From Gammaproteobacteria bacterium (GTDB lineage Bacteria; Pseudomonadota; Gammaproteobacteria; UBA4575): a DNA stretch of 64,000 nucleotides. The first letter of the stretch is position 1. Every line of letters begins with the position of its first letter. A model generated the notes under the pieces. The model did not search any database. It saw only the letters and a program-made list of their open reading frames with translations, and had not been told where the DNA came from. Position numbers and translations under genes: made by a program. Shown here piece by piece: positions 21,295-32,075 of this stretch. The stretch is taken from positions 758,885 to 822,884 of the forward strand of contig CBDCUI010000007.1 in the NCBI GenBank assembly GCA_965222615.1, given 5' to 3'.

Positions 21295-22095
21295 ATGAGC
21301 TCACTACATGCATTTTTGTTAGCAATTGTACAAGGTATTACAGAATTTCTGCCGATATCCAGTTCTGCTCATTTAGTGTTGTTGCCAATCATCATGCAGT
21401 GGCAAGATCAAGGTGTTGTGTTAGATATAGCTGCACACTTGGGTAGTTTATTGGCGGTAGTTTTTTATTTTCGCGAAGATCTACGCAAGCTGATCAGTAG
21501 CTGGTGTGGCTCATTTTTTCCTTCTAATAAGAATAATGAGGACGCAAAACTTGCCTGGTTACTATTTTGGGCTACGTTACCGATAATGATCATTGCGTTA
21601 CTTTTGCAAAGTTACTTGATTGAATATGTACGCAATGCCATCGTAATTGCTGTTGCCTCAATATTTTTTGGATTATTGTTGTGGTTGGCAGATTGGCGTG
21701 GTCAACAAACGCGTACTACAAAGCAATTAACAATTTTTGATGCAATGTTTATCGGGTTCGCGCAGGCCGTTGCCTTAATTCCAGGCACGTCACGTTCCGG
21801 AATCACCATGACGGCTGCGTTATGGTTAGGGCTTACGCGTGTCGAAGCGGCACGTTTTTCATTTCTGTTAGCAATACCTACTATTCTTGCAGCTTCTTTA
21901 TACGGGATTTATCGCGCTGTACTTCAGGATGAAGTTTTTCAATGGAGTTTGGCTTTAGTTGTAATTGCTTGCTCGGCAGTTGTTGCTTGGTTGTGTATAC
22001 ACTGGTTTATTAAGTTTGTGAGTAAGATCGGCATGATGCCATTTGTGCTATATAGAGTATTACTAGGGATAGTTTTACTTTATTTTTACTTGTAA
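21295..22095 (+). CDS. uppP: Undecaprenyl-diphosphate phosphatase
   Basis: QGITEFLPISSSAHL and PGTSRSG motifs. Confidence 0.96.
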   Translation: MSSLHAFLLAIVQGITEFLPISSSAHLVLLPIIMQWQDQGVVLDIAAHLGSLLAVVFYFREDLRKLISSWCGSFFPSNKNNEDAKLAWLLFWATLPIMIIALLLQSYLIEYVRNAIVIAVASIFFGLLLWLADWRGQQTRTTKQLTIFDAMFIGFAQAVALIPGTSRSGITMTAALWLGLTRVEAARFSFLLAIPTILAASLYGIYRAVLQDEVFQWSLALVVIACSAVVAWLCIHWFIKFVSKIGMMPFVLYRVLLGIVLLYFYL

Positions 22096-22110
22096 CGCGC
22101 TACTACTTTT

Positions 22111-23274
22111 CTACTTAGAATGTCTTTCTTCTATTAATTGTTTTAACAATTTAAGTTGTGCACTTTCTAGGTTATCTGCGAGCTCTTGACTGGTTACACC
22201 ACGTTTAATCCAAGGTCCGACATCGATACTATCGATTGTTTTTGATGCCAGAGTAAGCCAATCTGCTTGAGGGTAAGTTTTTTCATTCGTCGCCATCATA
22301 TAAATGGTTGCAAAGATCTTCAATAAAGAAGAAAAGCGTTCCGGTTTCCTTCTAGCGTCTAGTTTATGCAGCAAACTTAAAAGTTGCTTTTCATTTAATT
22401 CTAAAGCTTGATGACATAGGTGTTGTAGATTAGCAGTATGGTTAAGCAATTCTTTACAAGGATTTGGAATAGGCAATTGTTTGCATAATTTTTGCACATC
22501 AGGGTAAGCGTCGTCTTGAAAATCGTAATAAAGTCCACCGATCATGGTTGCAAAGCGTACGCACGGTTGTGTTTCTTGAAGAGAAATTTTATTTAGTGAG
22601 CTAAATCCAAGTTCCCGTGCAGTTGTATTTTTAAATTGACTACTAATACTTGAATGAGTTTGTGCTAATGCATCTACTTCTTGCAATACTGAAAAAAATA
22701 TTGAGGGAGATTGTGTAGCTAGTGCAGTATAGGTTTCGCTCCATACACGTTCTCGTACTAGATCAGCCAACTCTCCCGTTTTTACAATACGCCGCATAAG
22801 CTGTAGTGTTTCATTGGCAATAGTAAAACCAAGATGATGAAATGTTGCTGCAAAGCGTGCGACACGTAGCACACGTAAAGGATCTTCTGTAAATGCAGAA
22901 GATACGTGACGTAATAGTTTGGCAGCTAAGTCTCGTTGTCCACCATAAGGATCAATGAGTTCACCACTCTTGCTTTTTGCTATGGCATTGATGGTTAAAT
23001 CTCTGCGGAGTAAATCCTCTTCAAGCGTCACGCTTGGGGATGCGTGTATCTCAAATCCATAATAGCCACGCCCTTTCTTCCGTTCCGTACGGGCTAAGGC
23101 ATATTCTTCTTTATTTTGTGGATGTAAAAATACCGGAAAGTCTCTGCCAACGGGTTTAAAGCCTTGTGTTAGCATTTCTTCGGGAGTAGAACCAACAACT
23201 ACCCAATCGCGTTCTTTTATTGACAAACCTAGCAGTTCATCTCGTACTGCTCCGCCAACTAAGTAAACTTCCAT
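22111..23274 (-). CDS. cca: CCA tRNA nucleotidyltransferase (HD motif not evident)
   Basis: VGGAVRD, DFPVFLHP, RRDLTINA, EDPLRVLR. Confidence 0.9.
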   Translation of the reverse strand: MEVYLVGGAVRDELLGLSIKERDWVVVGSTPEEMLTQGFKPVGRDFPVFLHPQNKEEYALARTERKKGRGYYGFEIHASPSVTLEEDLLRRDLTINAIAKSKSGELIDPYGGQRDLAAKLLRHVSSAFTEDPLRVLRVARFAATFHHLGFTIANETLQLMRRIVKTGELADLVRERVWSETYTALATQSPSIFFSVLQEVDALAQTHSSISSQFKNTTARELGFSSLNKISLQETQPCVRFATMIGGLYYDFQDDAYPDVQKLCKQLPIPNPCKELLNHTANLQHLCHQALELNEKQLLSLLHKLDARRKPERFSSLLKIFATIYMMATNEKTYPQADWLTLASKTIDSIDVGPWIKRGVTSQELADNLESAQLKLLKQLIEERHSK

Positions 23275-23307
23275 TGTTAGATTTTGTAAATGTGATAACG
23301 TAAATGC

Positions 23308-24360
23308 ATGGTTAAAATATATCGTCTAGTTTTGCTTGGCTCATTAGTTTTTAGCTGTATAGGATGTACGACGATAAGCTACTATCATCAATCTATTAGT
23401 GGCCATTTTGCATTAATCTCAAAGCGTGAACGAATTGAGGATATCGTAAGCGATTCTACACGCGACGAAAGACTAGTCGAGCAATTAATGCTTGCACAAC
23501 AGATTAGATCATTCGCGAGTGCCACGCTTAAATTACCAGAAAACGATAGTTACCGTAGTTATGTTCAGTTAGATCGGCCGTATGTTACATGGAATGTGTT
23601 TGCGGCGCCGGAATTCTCCACCAATTTGCAACAATGGTGTTTTCTTGTCATTGGATGCGTTTCTTATCGTGGCTATTTTGATGAGATGGCCGCACGGAAT
23701 TACGCAGCAAATTTAGCTAAGCAAGGCCTGGATGTCTATGTTGCAGGGGTCCCTGCTTATTCCACCTTGGGCTGGTTTGATGATCCCTTACTGAGCACGA
23801 TGATTGATCGAGGTGAAATTGTAACTGCATCATACGTTATTCATGAGCTCGCTCACCAGCAGTTTTATATAAAAGGTGATTCTGCCTTTAATGAAGCCTT
23901 TGCTACTGCAGTAGAAGAGATTGGTGTACGTAAATGGTTGCAGCAACAGCAACGCCGACAAGATCTTGAAAAATATGAGAAATGGTTGCAGCAGAAGACG
24001 CTTTTTTTTAATTTTATTAAGACAGTTCAACAAGAATATAAACAGCTTTATGCTCAAGATCTTAATGATGAGATCATGCGAACAAAGAAAAAAAATAAAA
24101 TTGCCGACGTTCGCAAAAGATTTACAGTACTTACACAACAACACCGTCAATTATCTAGATATTCAAACTGGATGTCAGGGCCATTGAATAATGCACAATT
24201 TGGTGCGATTGCACTATATCGAGATTTAGTGCCAGATTTTGTTCAGCTTTTTAAAGTGTGTGGAAATAATTTTGAACGTTTTTATAAACGTGCTGAAGAA
24301 ATTTCACATCTTGCCAAAGAGCAACGTCTGCAAACACTCGCTACTGGCAGTGATTGTTAA
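23308..24360 (+). CDS. Putative aminopeptidase lipoprotein
   Basis: Lipoprotein-like N-terminus, AYSTLGWFDDP, HELAH, FNEAFA. Confidence 0.8.
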   Translation: MVKIYRLVLLGSLVFSCIGCTTISYYHQSISGHFALISKRERIEDIVSDSTRDERLVEQLMLAQQIRSFASATLKLPENDSYRSYVQLDRPYVTWNVFAAPEFSTNLQQWCFLVIGCVSYRGYFDEMAARNYAANLAKQGLDVYVAGVPAYSTLGWFDDPLLSTMIDRGEIVTASYVIHELAHQQFYIKGDSAFNEAFATAVEEIGVRKWLQQQQRRQDLEKYEKWLQQKTLFFNFIKTVQQEYKQLYAQDLNDEIMRTKKKNKIADVRKRFTVLTQQHRQLSRYSNWMSGPLNNAQFGAIALYRDLVPDFVQLFKVCGNNFERFYKRAEEISHLAKEQRLQTLATGSDC

Positions 24361-25325
24361 GTATTTTTTCTAGCACGAAAATCTTGGTATTTAGCGTATC
24401 TGGATTTACTTAGCAAATAGTTGGGAGCAATAGCTTCTATAGGTGTGAGGCAATTATAAGCTTCACTGCATATGCTATCTGTTTGTAAAGAATTATAGTT
24501 GTCTATAGAAAAAGGTTTGCCTGGTGCAAACTCTAAAATTTGTGCCTGCAATCTAGATAACCAGTTTGGTAGTCCAATTACTTTTCTTTTGTACCCACAA
24601 ACAATCGCTATATATTGAACGAGCTGTTTTAGTGAATATTGTTTTGGCCCACATAAATCGGATCTCTTACCATATGTCTTTGGGTCATCGATTGCATCTA
24701 CCATCACATTCACTACGTCACCAACATATACGGGTGCAAATTTAGTGTTGGCGCATGCCAAAGGGAATACCCATGGTGTTATTTTTAATATCGATGCAAA
24801 TCGATTTAAAAAGTCATCATCTGGACCAAAGATTACTGAAGGTCGAAAACTCGTGATAGCCATTTTATTTGCTGCAAAGGTGTGAACGTAATTTTCGGCT
24901 TCGCCTTTGGTGCGCAAGTAAAAACTAGTGCCATCTGGATTTGCGTTGAGTGCGCTCATATGTAATAACCGTGTAACTTTACAGCTGGAACAGGTTGCAA
25001 CGACTTTTCGCGCTAGTTCTACATGTGCAATGTGAAAGCCTTTTCCACTATGGCCTTTTTCGTTAAGAATTCCGACTAGATTTACAACTACATCGCAATC
25101 CTGAAAATGCATAGTAAGTTGTGACTCGTCATGGATATCGGATTCAACCATCTGCAAACTAGGTAAAACCAGCAGTTCTCGATGCTTTTCGCGACGACGT
25201 GTCAATATTTTCACGTTATGCCCACGTTTTACCAATTCCGTGCATAAATGACTGCCGACAAAGCCAGTTCCACCCAACACACAAATGGATAGTTTTTTCA
25301 TTTTATTTACTGCTTTTTTATCCAC
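24357..25325 (-). CDS. NDUFA9-like NAD-dependent epimerase/SDR
   Basis: GGTGFVG, VNLVGIL, RPSVIFG. Confidence 0.88.
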   Translation of the reverse strand: MDKKAVNKMKKLSICVLGGTGFVGSHLCTELVKRGHNVKILTRRREKHRELLVLPSLQMVESDIHDESQLTMHFQDCDVVVNLVGILNEKGHSGKGFHIAHVELARKVVATCSSCKVTRLLHMSALNANPDGTSFYLRTKGEAENYVHTFAANKMAITSFRPSVIFGPDDDFLNRFASILKITPWVFPLACANTKFAPVYVGDVVNVMVDAIDDPKTYGKRSDLCGPKQYSLKQLVQYIAIVCGYKRKVIGLPNWLSRLQAQILEFAPGKPFSIDNYNSLQTDSICSEAYNCLTPIEAIAPNYLLSKSRYAKYQDFRARKNT

Positions 25326-25656
25326 ATAGTACTAAATTCAGTTTTATGGTGTGTGAGTGCCTATTGTACGAGCGATCTGGGCCAACTGTTATATACATAA
25401 ATTTGACGCCTTATTTGGAACTGAAGGTACTATCCGCGGCTAAAAAATAACCTATTGTTCGTCGATTAGTCGTGAAATACGCGCCCCTATCGGCAAAAAC
25501 TGCCGAATTTATCATCCAGACTTGTAATCGATTTAAGAATGCATAAAAATATACGTTGCAGAAATTAGCTGCAGAGATCCCCTTAAATTCGCCATTCCAG
25601 GCGTGAAATTTCACGAATAACGCTTTTAGCTTTTATAACAGTGGAGTATTAGTTGA

Positions 25657-25983
25657 GTGAGTGAAGATATTAGTCATATAACGGATGACAGCTTTGACAA
25701 AGAAGTATTACAGTCAGACCAACCCGTATTAGTGGATTATTGGGCAGAGTGGTGTGGTCCATGCAAAATGATTGCACCCTTACTTGATGAAATTGCGGGT
25801 GAATACAAAGGTAAACTCAAAATCACTAAGCTAAATATTGATGACAATCCAAGCACTCCGCCGAAATATGGAGTACGGGGTATCCCGACATTAATGATTT
25901 TCAAAAATGGTAATGCCGAAGCTACAAAAGTTGGAGCATTATCTAAATCGCAATTAACTGCATTTATTGATCAAAGTATATAG
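25657..25983 (+). CDS. trxA: Thioredoxin
   Basis: WCGPC; upstream of rho. Confidence 0.97.
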   Translation: MSEDISHITDDSFDKEVLQSDQPVLVDYWAEWCGPCKMIAPLLDEIAGEYKGKLKITKLNIDDNPSTPPKYGVRGIPTLMIFKNGNAEATKVGALSKSQLTAFIDQSI

Positions 25984-26205
25984 ACCAGTTTTTTATAAAA
26001 ATTCCTATTCAATTATCAAAATTTATTAACCAATAATATTAAATAGCGCATAAGCAACACTTACCAACCACGCTGAGAAATTCTGGATAAATAAGACGCT
26101 TTTCGCAGCGTTAACCGAGTTCTACACAAAGTATGCAAGGCATATCTTTTTGTGTGGCCGATTATATAAACCCATAACTTTTAATCACAAAATACTTGTA
26201 GTGTC

Positions 26206-27462
26206 ATGAACTTAACCGAATTGAAGAAAAAACCTGCCTCAGAATTGATCGATACGGCCGCGGATATGGGCATCGATAATTTAGCTCGCTCGCGAAAACA
26301 AGACATCATCTTTTCAATTCTCAAAGCACATGCAAAAAATGGCGAGGATATTTTTGGCGATGGTGTGCTTGAAATTTTGCAAGACGGTTTTGGCTTTTTG
26401 CGTTCCGCTGATTGCTCTTATCTCGCGGGTCCAGATGACATCTATGTTTCTCCTAGTCAAATTAGAAGGTTTGGTCTACGTACTGGAGACACTGTTTCAG
26501 GAAAAATTCGTCCTCCAAAAGATAGTGAACGTTATTTCGCTATGCTTAAAGTGGACGAAATTAATTTTGACAAGCCTGAAAATGCAAAACGCAAAGTCTT
26601 ATTTGAGAACTTAACCCCACTGCATCCAGATGAACGCTTAAAACTAGAACGTGGTAACGGCAGTACTGAAGATATCACTGCACGGATAATCGATATTTGT
26701 GCGCCGATTGGAAAAGGTCAACGTGGCTTAATTATTTCGCCTCCAAAAGCTGGTAAGACATTAATGCTGCAGAACATTGCGCAAAGCATTACCTCTAATC
26801 ATCCTGAATGTTACCTGATCGTTTTACTTATCGATGAGCGCCCTGAGGAAGTCACAGAGATGGAACGCATGGTACAAGGTGAGGTGGTATCGAGTACCTT
26901 TGATGAACCCGCAAGTCGTCATGTACAAGTAGCCGAGATGGTAATCGAAAAGGCTAAGCGCTTGGTAGAGCATAAGCGTGATGTAGTTATCCTACTTGAC
27001 TCGATCACCCGATTGGCACGCGCCTATAACACTGTAGTACCCGCATCTGGAAAAGTACTTACCGGAGGCGTAGATGCCAATGCCCTACAACGTCCAAAAC
27101 GATTTTTTGGAGCCGCTAGAAATATTGAAGAGGGTGGTAGCCTTACAATCATTGCTACAGCCTTAATCGATACTGGTTCGAAGATGGATGAAGTCATTTA
27201 CGAAGAATTTAAAGGTACCGGTAATATGGAAATCCATATGGATCGTCGTATTGCTGAAAAACGTGTATTCCCTGCAGTAAACATTAATCGTTCCGGTACA
27301 CGACGTGAAGAGTTGATTACCGATCAAGAAGAATTACAAAAGATATGGGTATTACGTAAGTTCTTACATCCCATGGATGAAATCGAAGCTATGGACTTCA
27401 TGCTTGGGCGCATGCAAACCACTAAAACGAATGAAGGATTTTTTGAGGCGATGAAGCGTTAG
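26206..27462 (+). CDS. rho: Transcription termination factor Rho
   Basis: [22 protein letters not shown]. Confidence 0.99.
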   Translation: MNLTELKKKPASELIDTAADMGIDNLARSRKQDIIFSILKAHAKNGEDIFGDGVLEILQDGFGFLRSADCSYLAGPDDIYVSPSQIRRFGLRTGDTVSGKIRPPKDSERYFAMLKVDEINFDKPENAKRKVLFENLTPLHPDERLKLERGNGSTEDITARIIDICAPIGKGQRGLIISPPKAGKTLMLQNIAQSITSNHPECYLIVLLIDERPEEVTEMERMVQGEVVSSTFDEPASRHVQVAEMVIEKAKRLVEHKRDVVILLDSITRLARAYNTVVPASGKVLTGGVDANALQRPKRFFGAARNIEEGGSLTIIATALIDTGSKMDEVIYEEFKGTGNMEIHMDRRIAEKRVFPAVNINRSGTRREELITDQEELQKIWVLRKFLHPMDEIEAMDFMLGRMQTTKTNEGFFEAMKR

Positions 27463-28739
27463 ATAGTGCTTAAAGCACGATAGCCAATGTCAGTACGATA
27501 AAACATTTTTGGCCAAGAAATTTGTTTGACTAAGGTGTAGGCATGTTGTTGAGCCGTGGCCAAATCATCGCCTAATGCAGTTGCACACAACACGCGACCA
27601 CCATTAGTAATTACTTGACCATCAGTTAGTTTTGTACCGGCATGAAACACCTTTTGTGTTTCGAGTTCATGTTGTGGTAGTCCTTGTATTACATCGCCTT
27701 TGTTGTAGTTTTCCGGATACCCACCTGCAGCGAGCACAACCCCTAACGCACAACGCGGGTCCCATTCGATTGCATACTGATCCAATTGTTGTGAAAGCGC
27801 GGCCATACATAGTGTAGTTAAGTCAGACTGCATGCGTAAAAGGATGGGTTGTGTTTCTGGATCACCAAAGCGGCAATTAAATTCCAGTACATAGGGATTA
27901 TTATGTGCATCTATCATGATTCCGGCATATAAAAATCCTGTATAGGGTGCGCCTTGGTTAGCAAATCCCTGCACGGTTGGATAAATAATCTCATCAAGAA
28001 TGCGTTGATGCATAGAGGGAGTCACAATCGGCGCAGGGGAGTAGGCACCCATGCCACCAGTATTGGGTCCTAGATCTCCTTCATCTCGGGCTTTATGATC
28101 TTGTGAACTAGCGAGAGGAAGTACATGTTTGCCATCGACCATACAAATAAAACTGGCTTCTTCACCTTGGATAAACTCTTCTACGACAATACGATGCCCT
28201 GCTTCACCAAAACTAGCACCACTTAGCATGCGCTCGACACATTGCAGAGCTTCAGCATGTGTTTGCGCAATTACCACGCCTTTACCGGCCGCTAATCCGT
28301 CGGCCTTGATTACAATGGGGACAGGTTTAGATTTGATATAAGTAGTCGCGTCTTCAGTATTCGTAAAGACTGCATATTCACCTGTCGGGATGTTGTGTTC
28401 ATGCATAAACTTTTTTGCAAAGGCCTTGGAGCCTTCTAGTTGTGCAGTTATCGCACTGGGCCCAAAGATGGGCAATTGCTGTTGTTGGAATTGATCGACA
28501 ATTCCTGCCACTAAAGGTGCCTCAGGTCCAACTACGGTTAAATCAATAGCATGTTGTTTGGCAAACTCTAGCAATGCTTCAATATCTTCTGCGTCGATAG
28601 CAATGTTGTGTGTTTTGGGCTCGGCGGCAGTGCCGGCATTACCCGGTGCAACATAAATTTCAGAAACCTGTGGGGATTGACCTAATTTCCATGCCAAGGC
28701 GTGTTCACGTCCACCACCACCGACAACGAGTATTTTCAT
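27459..28739 (-). CDS. purD: Phosphoribosylamine-glycine ligase
   Basis: [30 protein letters not shown]. Confidence 0.98.
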   Translation of the reverse strand: MKILVVGGGGREHALAWKLGQSPQVSEIYVAPGNAGTAAEPKTHNIAIDAEDIEALLEFAKQHAIDLTVVGPEAPLVAGIVDQFQQQQLPIFGPSAITAQLEGSKAFAKKFMHEHNIPTGEYAVFTNTEDATTYIKSKPVPIVIKADGLAAGKGVVIAQTHAEALQCVERMLSGASFGEAGHRIVVEEFIQGEEASFICMVDGKHVLPLASSQDHKARDEGDLGPNTGGMGAYSPAPIVTPSMHQRILDEIIYPTVQGFANQGAPYTGFLYAGIMIDAHNNPYVLEFNCRFGDPETQPILLRMQSDLTTLCMAALSQQLDQYAIEWDPRCALGVVLAAGGYPENYNKGDVIQGLPQHELETQKVFHAGTKLTDGQVITNGGRVLCATALGDDLATAQQHAYTLVKQISWPKMFYRTDIGYRALSTI

Positions 28740-28769
28740 TTGAGTTCGACTTTCCGTGATTAGTTATTG

Positions 28770-29657
28770 TTAATATGAAGTCAGTACGAATGCCAATGCG
28801 AGTGGCAATGTAATGATAGCGAAAAGATTGCCAAACAACACAATTGAAGCCACAGCTTTGGGTTGTTGACCGAAGCGTTCAGCAAATAAAAAATTCATCA
28901 CGGCAGGAGGCAATGCTCCAAATAACAGTAATGAACCAGCTTGAATGGTTGAAAAATCAAAATATATGACCAAGACGTATGCTGAACAAAAGCCCACCAA
29001 TGGGATCAACAGAGCAAACAACACTCCCATTTTCCACTCTTGAAAATCAATGCTGGCTAGGCGTACCCCTAGAGAAAACAGCATTAATGGAATAGCGATT
29101 TGCCCCAACATATCAATCGGTAACATGATACTTTTGGGGAGAGAAGTCGATGTGGCATTGAATAGCAATGCTGCTACTGCGGCCCAAATCACCGTCTGTT
29201 TAAGCGCAATAAATGGATTAGTGCCACGACTTAATATCATACTTCCAAGTCCATAATGGGTGACATTGCCGATTAAGAACAAAACTAATCCAGTAACTAA
29301 GCCAGGTTTTCCAAATGCTAGCGTCATTAAGGGTAAGCCGACATTGCCTGCATTGTGAAACATCATAGGCGGTGCAATGGTTCGAAATGGGTAGGAACTG
29401 AACTTAGAAATACACCAAGCAATAACTGCTGCAATTAACACAATTGCCAAACCCGCTATTGCAAGGGAGAGATGTTCATTAAGCGCAAAAGATTGATCGC
29501 TTAGTGACGCGAATACCAAAGCCGGCACAAACACATCTAAATTTACGCGATTCGCGGTATCCATATTTAAATGCCAGACTCGACCAAGTACCGTACCCAA
29601 GGCAACAATTGCAATAATCGGAAACATAATCCCAAGAATTTGTATAAAAAGATCCAT
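28770..29657 (-). CDS. AEC (auxin efflux carrier) family transporter
   Basis: About 10 TM segments, N.GNVGLP, IPLMLFSLG, PPAV. Confidence 0.85.
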   Translation of the reverse strand: MDLFIQILGIMFPIIAIVALGTVLGRVWHLNMDTANRVNLDVFVPALVFASLSDQSFALNEHLSLAIAGLAIVLIAAVIAWCISKFSSYPFRTIAPPMMFHNAGNVGLPLMTLAFGKPGLVTGLVLFLIGNVTHYGLGSMILSRGTNPFIALKQTVIWAAVAALLFNATSTSLPKSIMLPIDMLGQIAIPLMLFSLGVRLASIDFQEWKMGVLFALLIPLVGFCSAYVLVIYFDFSTIQAGSLLLFGALPPAVMNFLFAERFGQQPKAVASIVLFGNLFAIITLPLALAFVLTSY

Positions 29658-29713
29658 TTCTCTATTTTGTTCTTTTATTAGTAATGAATATAAATTGAGC
29701 GTTCTAAAATGTA

Positions 29714-29931
29714 TTGTTCATTTTCTTTGCTTGTCCAAAGCCTTAATTAAATAGACTAGGGGAACCAAAAGAAAAGACCCCCGAATTTACTTGCCCTTCG
29801 GGTTCACTCGCTACACAGAATGACTTTACTGTCGGCATGATTCGCATCCTGCTCAGCATGCCTCAAATGAACATCCCTGTTCATTTGTCAGCAGTCTTAT
29901 CTGCTTGCTCGTCAAGCAAATAATGGGAATT
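29714..29931 (+). repeat. Dispersed structured repeat, copy 2 (diverged)
   Basis: Same ends as the copy at 15141. Confidence 0.7.
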
Positions 29932-30060
29932 TAAGCAGCATCAAAAATGATTGCTTTCGTCCAATAGCAATGGTATGGCCTCCCTCAACTTTAAACGGCA
30001 TCGTAATGTGCCCATACTGGAAGCGATAGAACCAGTTACTTTGAATAAAGGAGACCATAC

Positions 30061-31095
30061 ATGAACAAGATTACACGCATGGGTGTGGATTTGGCAAAGC
30101 ATGTTTTTCAACTACACGGGGTGGATCGCACGGGAAAGTGCGTATTCAAACGACGCTTATCTCGAAGCAAGTGGCTTAAGGTATTAGTGGAGCATGTTGA
30201 ACCGGGTGGTGAGATTGGCATGGAGGCCTGTTCGGGTGCACACCACTGGGCTCGTGTATTACAACAACGAGGCTATGTGGTGAAATTGATTGCACCCCAG
30301 TTTGTAAAGCCTTATGTAAAGAGCAACAAGAATGATGCCAACGATGCCGAAGCCATTTGCGAAGCCATGAGTCGCCCCAACATGCGCTTTGTCACGATCA
30401 AAAGTATTGAACAGCAAGACATTCAGGCCCTGCATCGTGTGCGTAATACTTTGGTGCAACAACGCACCGCTAAAGCCAATCAGATTCGAGGCTTAGTGAG
30501 TGAATATGGCTTAGTCGCACCCCAACAGTTACATCGATTACGCGCTGCAATACCGACTTGGTTAGAAGACGGAGAGAATGGCTTAACGCCACACTTTCGT
30601 TCTTTACTACAGGGACTTCAACATGACGTACTAACATTAGATGCGCGTGTAAAAGAACTTGATCAAACGATTGAACAACAGGCCAAACAAAACGAAGTCA
30701 CCAAGCGTCTACAACAGCTACGAGGGGTCGGGCCGATGGTGGCCACAGCATTGATTGCCACGGTAGGCGATGCCAAACAATACAAGAGCAGTCGCCAGAT
30801 GGCGGCAGCCTTAGGCTTAACCCCCAGACAACACAGTTCAGGCAATAAAGAGCGTTTACTGGAAATCAGTAAACGCGGCGATGCCTATCTGCGCACCTTA
30901 CTCATTCACGGAGCAAGGGCTGTCGTCTCGCAAGCGAAACATAAAGAGGATCGATTGAGTCAGTGGGTCACGCATCTTTCTAAAACCAAACATACGAATG
31001 TGGCCGCTGTCGCACTGGCGAATAAAACCGTGCGTATGGCATTTGCAATGTTGCGAGATGAAAGTGAATATGATCCGAACTTTGCGCTTATGTGA
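30061..31095 (+). CDS. IS110-family transposase/recombinase (A)
   Basis: DEDD RuvC-like motifs GVDLAK, MEAC, KNDANDA; HSSG serine loop; AVALANK. Confidence 0.95.
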   Translation: MNKITRMGVDLAKHVFQLHGVDRTGKCVFKRRLSRSKWLKVLVEHVEPGGEIGMEACSGAHHWARVLQQRGYVVKLIAPQFVKPYVKSNKNDANDAEAICEAMSRPNMRFVTIKSIEQQDIQALHRVRNTLVQQRTAKANQIRGLVSEYGLVAPQQLHRLRAAIPTWLEDGENGLTPHFRSLLQGLQHDVLTLDARVKELDQTIEQQAKQNEVTKRLQQLRGVGPMVATALIATVGDAKQYKSSRQMAAALGLTPRQHSSGNKERLLEISKRGDAYLRTLLIHGARAVVSQAKHKEDRLSQWVTHLSKTKHTNVAAVALANKTVRMAFAMLRDESEYDPNFALM

Positions 31096-31139
31096 AATAA
31101 AACAATTAACGAAATTACATGTACTTACACTTAAGAGGA

Positions 31140-31350
31140 TTATCTACCACGATTGCAAAGTAATTTATTAGATGGCAAACCGGTCGAACCGACCTAAGCG
31201 TAACCCGTGAATGTCCAGGTACTTCGAGTACGTAATAGCGATTGGGTGCTTAGGTGCGAATACACCATCCTGGCCCAGCATCAACGCTTGCTATCAATAG
31301 AGGCCGAATATACGTGTGCAGTCGACTCTACTTTGTCATTGAATATTTTG
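31140..31350 (+). ncRNA. Predicted bridge/seekRNA of element A
   Basis: Stem ACCTAAGC/GCTTAGGT enclosing GAATGTCC and AATAGCG (target matches); second loop with ACCAT and ATATAC (circle-junction matches); ends approximate. Confidence 0.8.
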
Positions 31351-31391
31351 CTTGCAAACGGAGGGAGGCCATATACGGACATTTTATAAAT

Positions 31392-31697
31392 TCAGCAACA
31401 TGGAATGCCTGAAATAATCATACCGGATAAAATCCAAATAAATAATCCGAGGAATAATAAATAAATTGAAATATCATTTTTAAAAATAGTGGGTAGCATA
31501 ATCAAAGGCAAACTAAAAATTGCGAATATCCCTGCAAATAATATATCTGACTTATCTATGCCAAACCTAAAGATTAAGAAAGGACCAAATAAAGCATCAT
31601 AGTCTGATGGCGGGGATCCATAAAGAGAGAAATAGCTTACAAGACCAAATACTAAAAACGCTATTGAAAGTAGAATAAAGTATTTAAATTTTTTCAC
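31392..31697 (-). CDS. Small membrane protein (28-bp-site cassette)
   Basis: 101 aa, about 3 TM segments, AT-rich, between two 28-bp sites. Confidence 0.7.
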   Translation of the reverse strand: MKKFKYFILLSIAFLVFGLVSYFSLYGSPPSDYDALFGPFLIFRFGIDKSDILFAGIFAIFSLPLIMLPTIFKNDISIYLLFLGLFIWILSGMIISGIPCC

Positions 31698-31712
31698 TAA
31701 TATATTTTTAGA

Positions 31713-31740
31713 ATGGTTACTTTAGATTGTTAACGGACAT
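31713..31740 (-). repeat. Degenerate 28-bp cassette site (upstream type)
   Basis: Minus strand ATGTCCGTTAA-CAATCT-AAAGTAACCAT versus intact ACGACTGCTAA-CGACCC-AAAGCGGACAT. Confidence 0.55.
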
Positions 31741-31756
31741 ACTAGCACCTCTTAAT

Positions 31757-32005
31757 AATTCCCATCCAACTTGGTGAGTAATATCGAAAGCAAGTGAAGG
31801 TAAAACATCCATGGATGGGTGTTTTAGGCATGTTGCGCCTGGACGGCGTCATCATGCCGGCCAAACTTGCTTGATATTACGAACGTACTCGAAGAGCAAG
31901 TTGGTGGGGAAAGGCATGTAATTAATGTTTAAGCGCTAGTAATTTAAGTCTAGCAAGGGCACTTTTCTTTTGGTTCGTTTTCTTTGGGCAAGCAAAGAAA
32001 ATGAA
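31757..32005 (-). repeat. Dispersed structured repeat, copy 3 (inverted)
   Basis: Reverse complement closely matches the 15141 copy, with an internal insertion. Confidence 0.75.
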
Positions 32006-32075
32006 TGAAACATTTTAAATGTTTTTATTTAGTGAATCGTACGTTCACTTCTTGCCTAATGTAAAGAGTAGCAAA

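Larger units (their letters stand above)
29969..31376 (+). mobile_element. IS110-family, IS1111-type element A, copy 1 (1408 bp)
   Basis: Subterminal IRs TATGGCCTCCCTC/GAGGGAGGCCATA, long right noncoding end, no flanking duplication beyond a 1-bp core; inserted in a 28-bp site. Confidence 0.92.

Noticed and set aside
22111-23274. CCA enzyme lacking an evident HD domain as a novelty
   Set aside because: HD-less CCA-adding enzymes are common.
31207-31389. Small ORFs in IS ends (also 60292..60588, 58873..59169, 62911..63207, 61684..62010, 63618..63851)
   Set aside because: They overlap predicted guide RNAs or IS ends, and several cross IS boundaries; the structured-RNA reading explains the sequence better.
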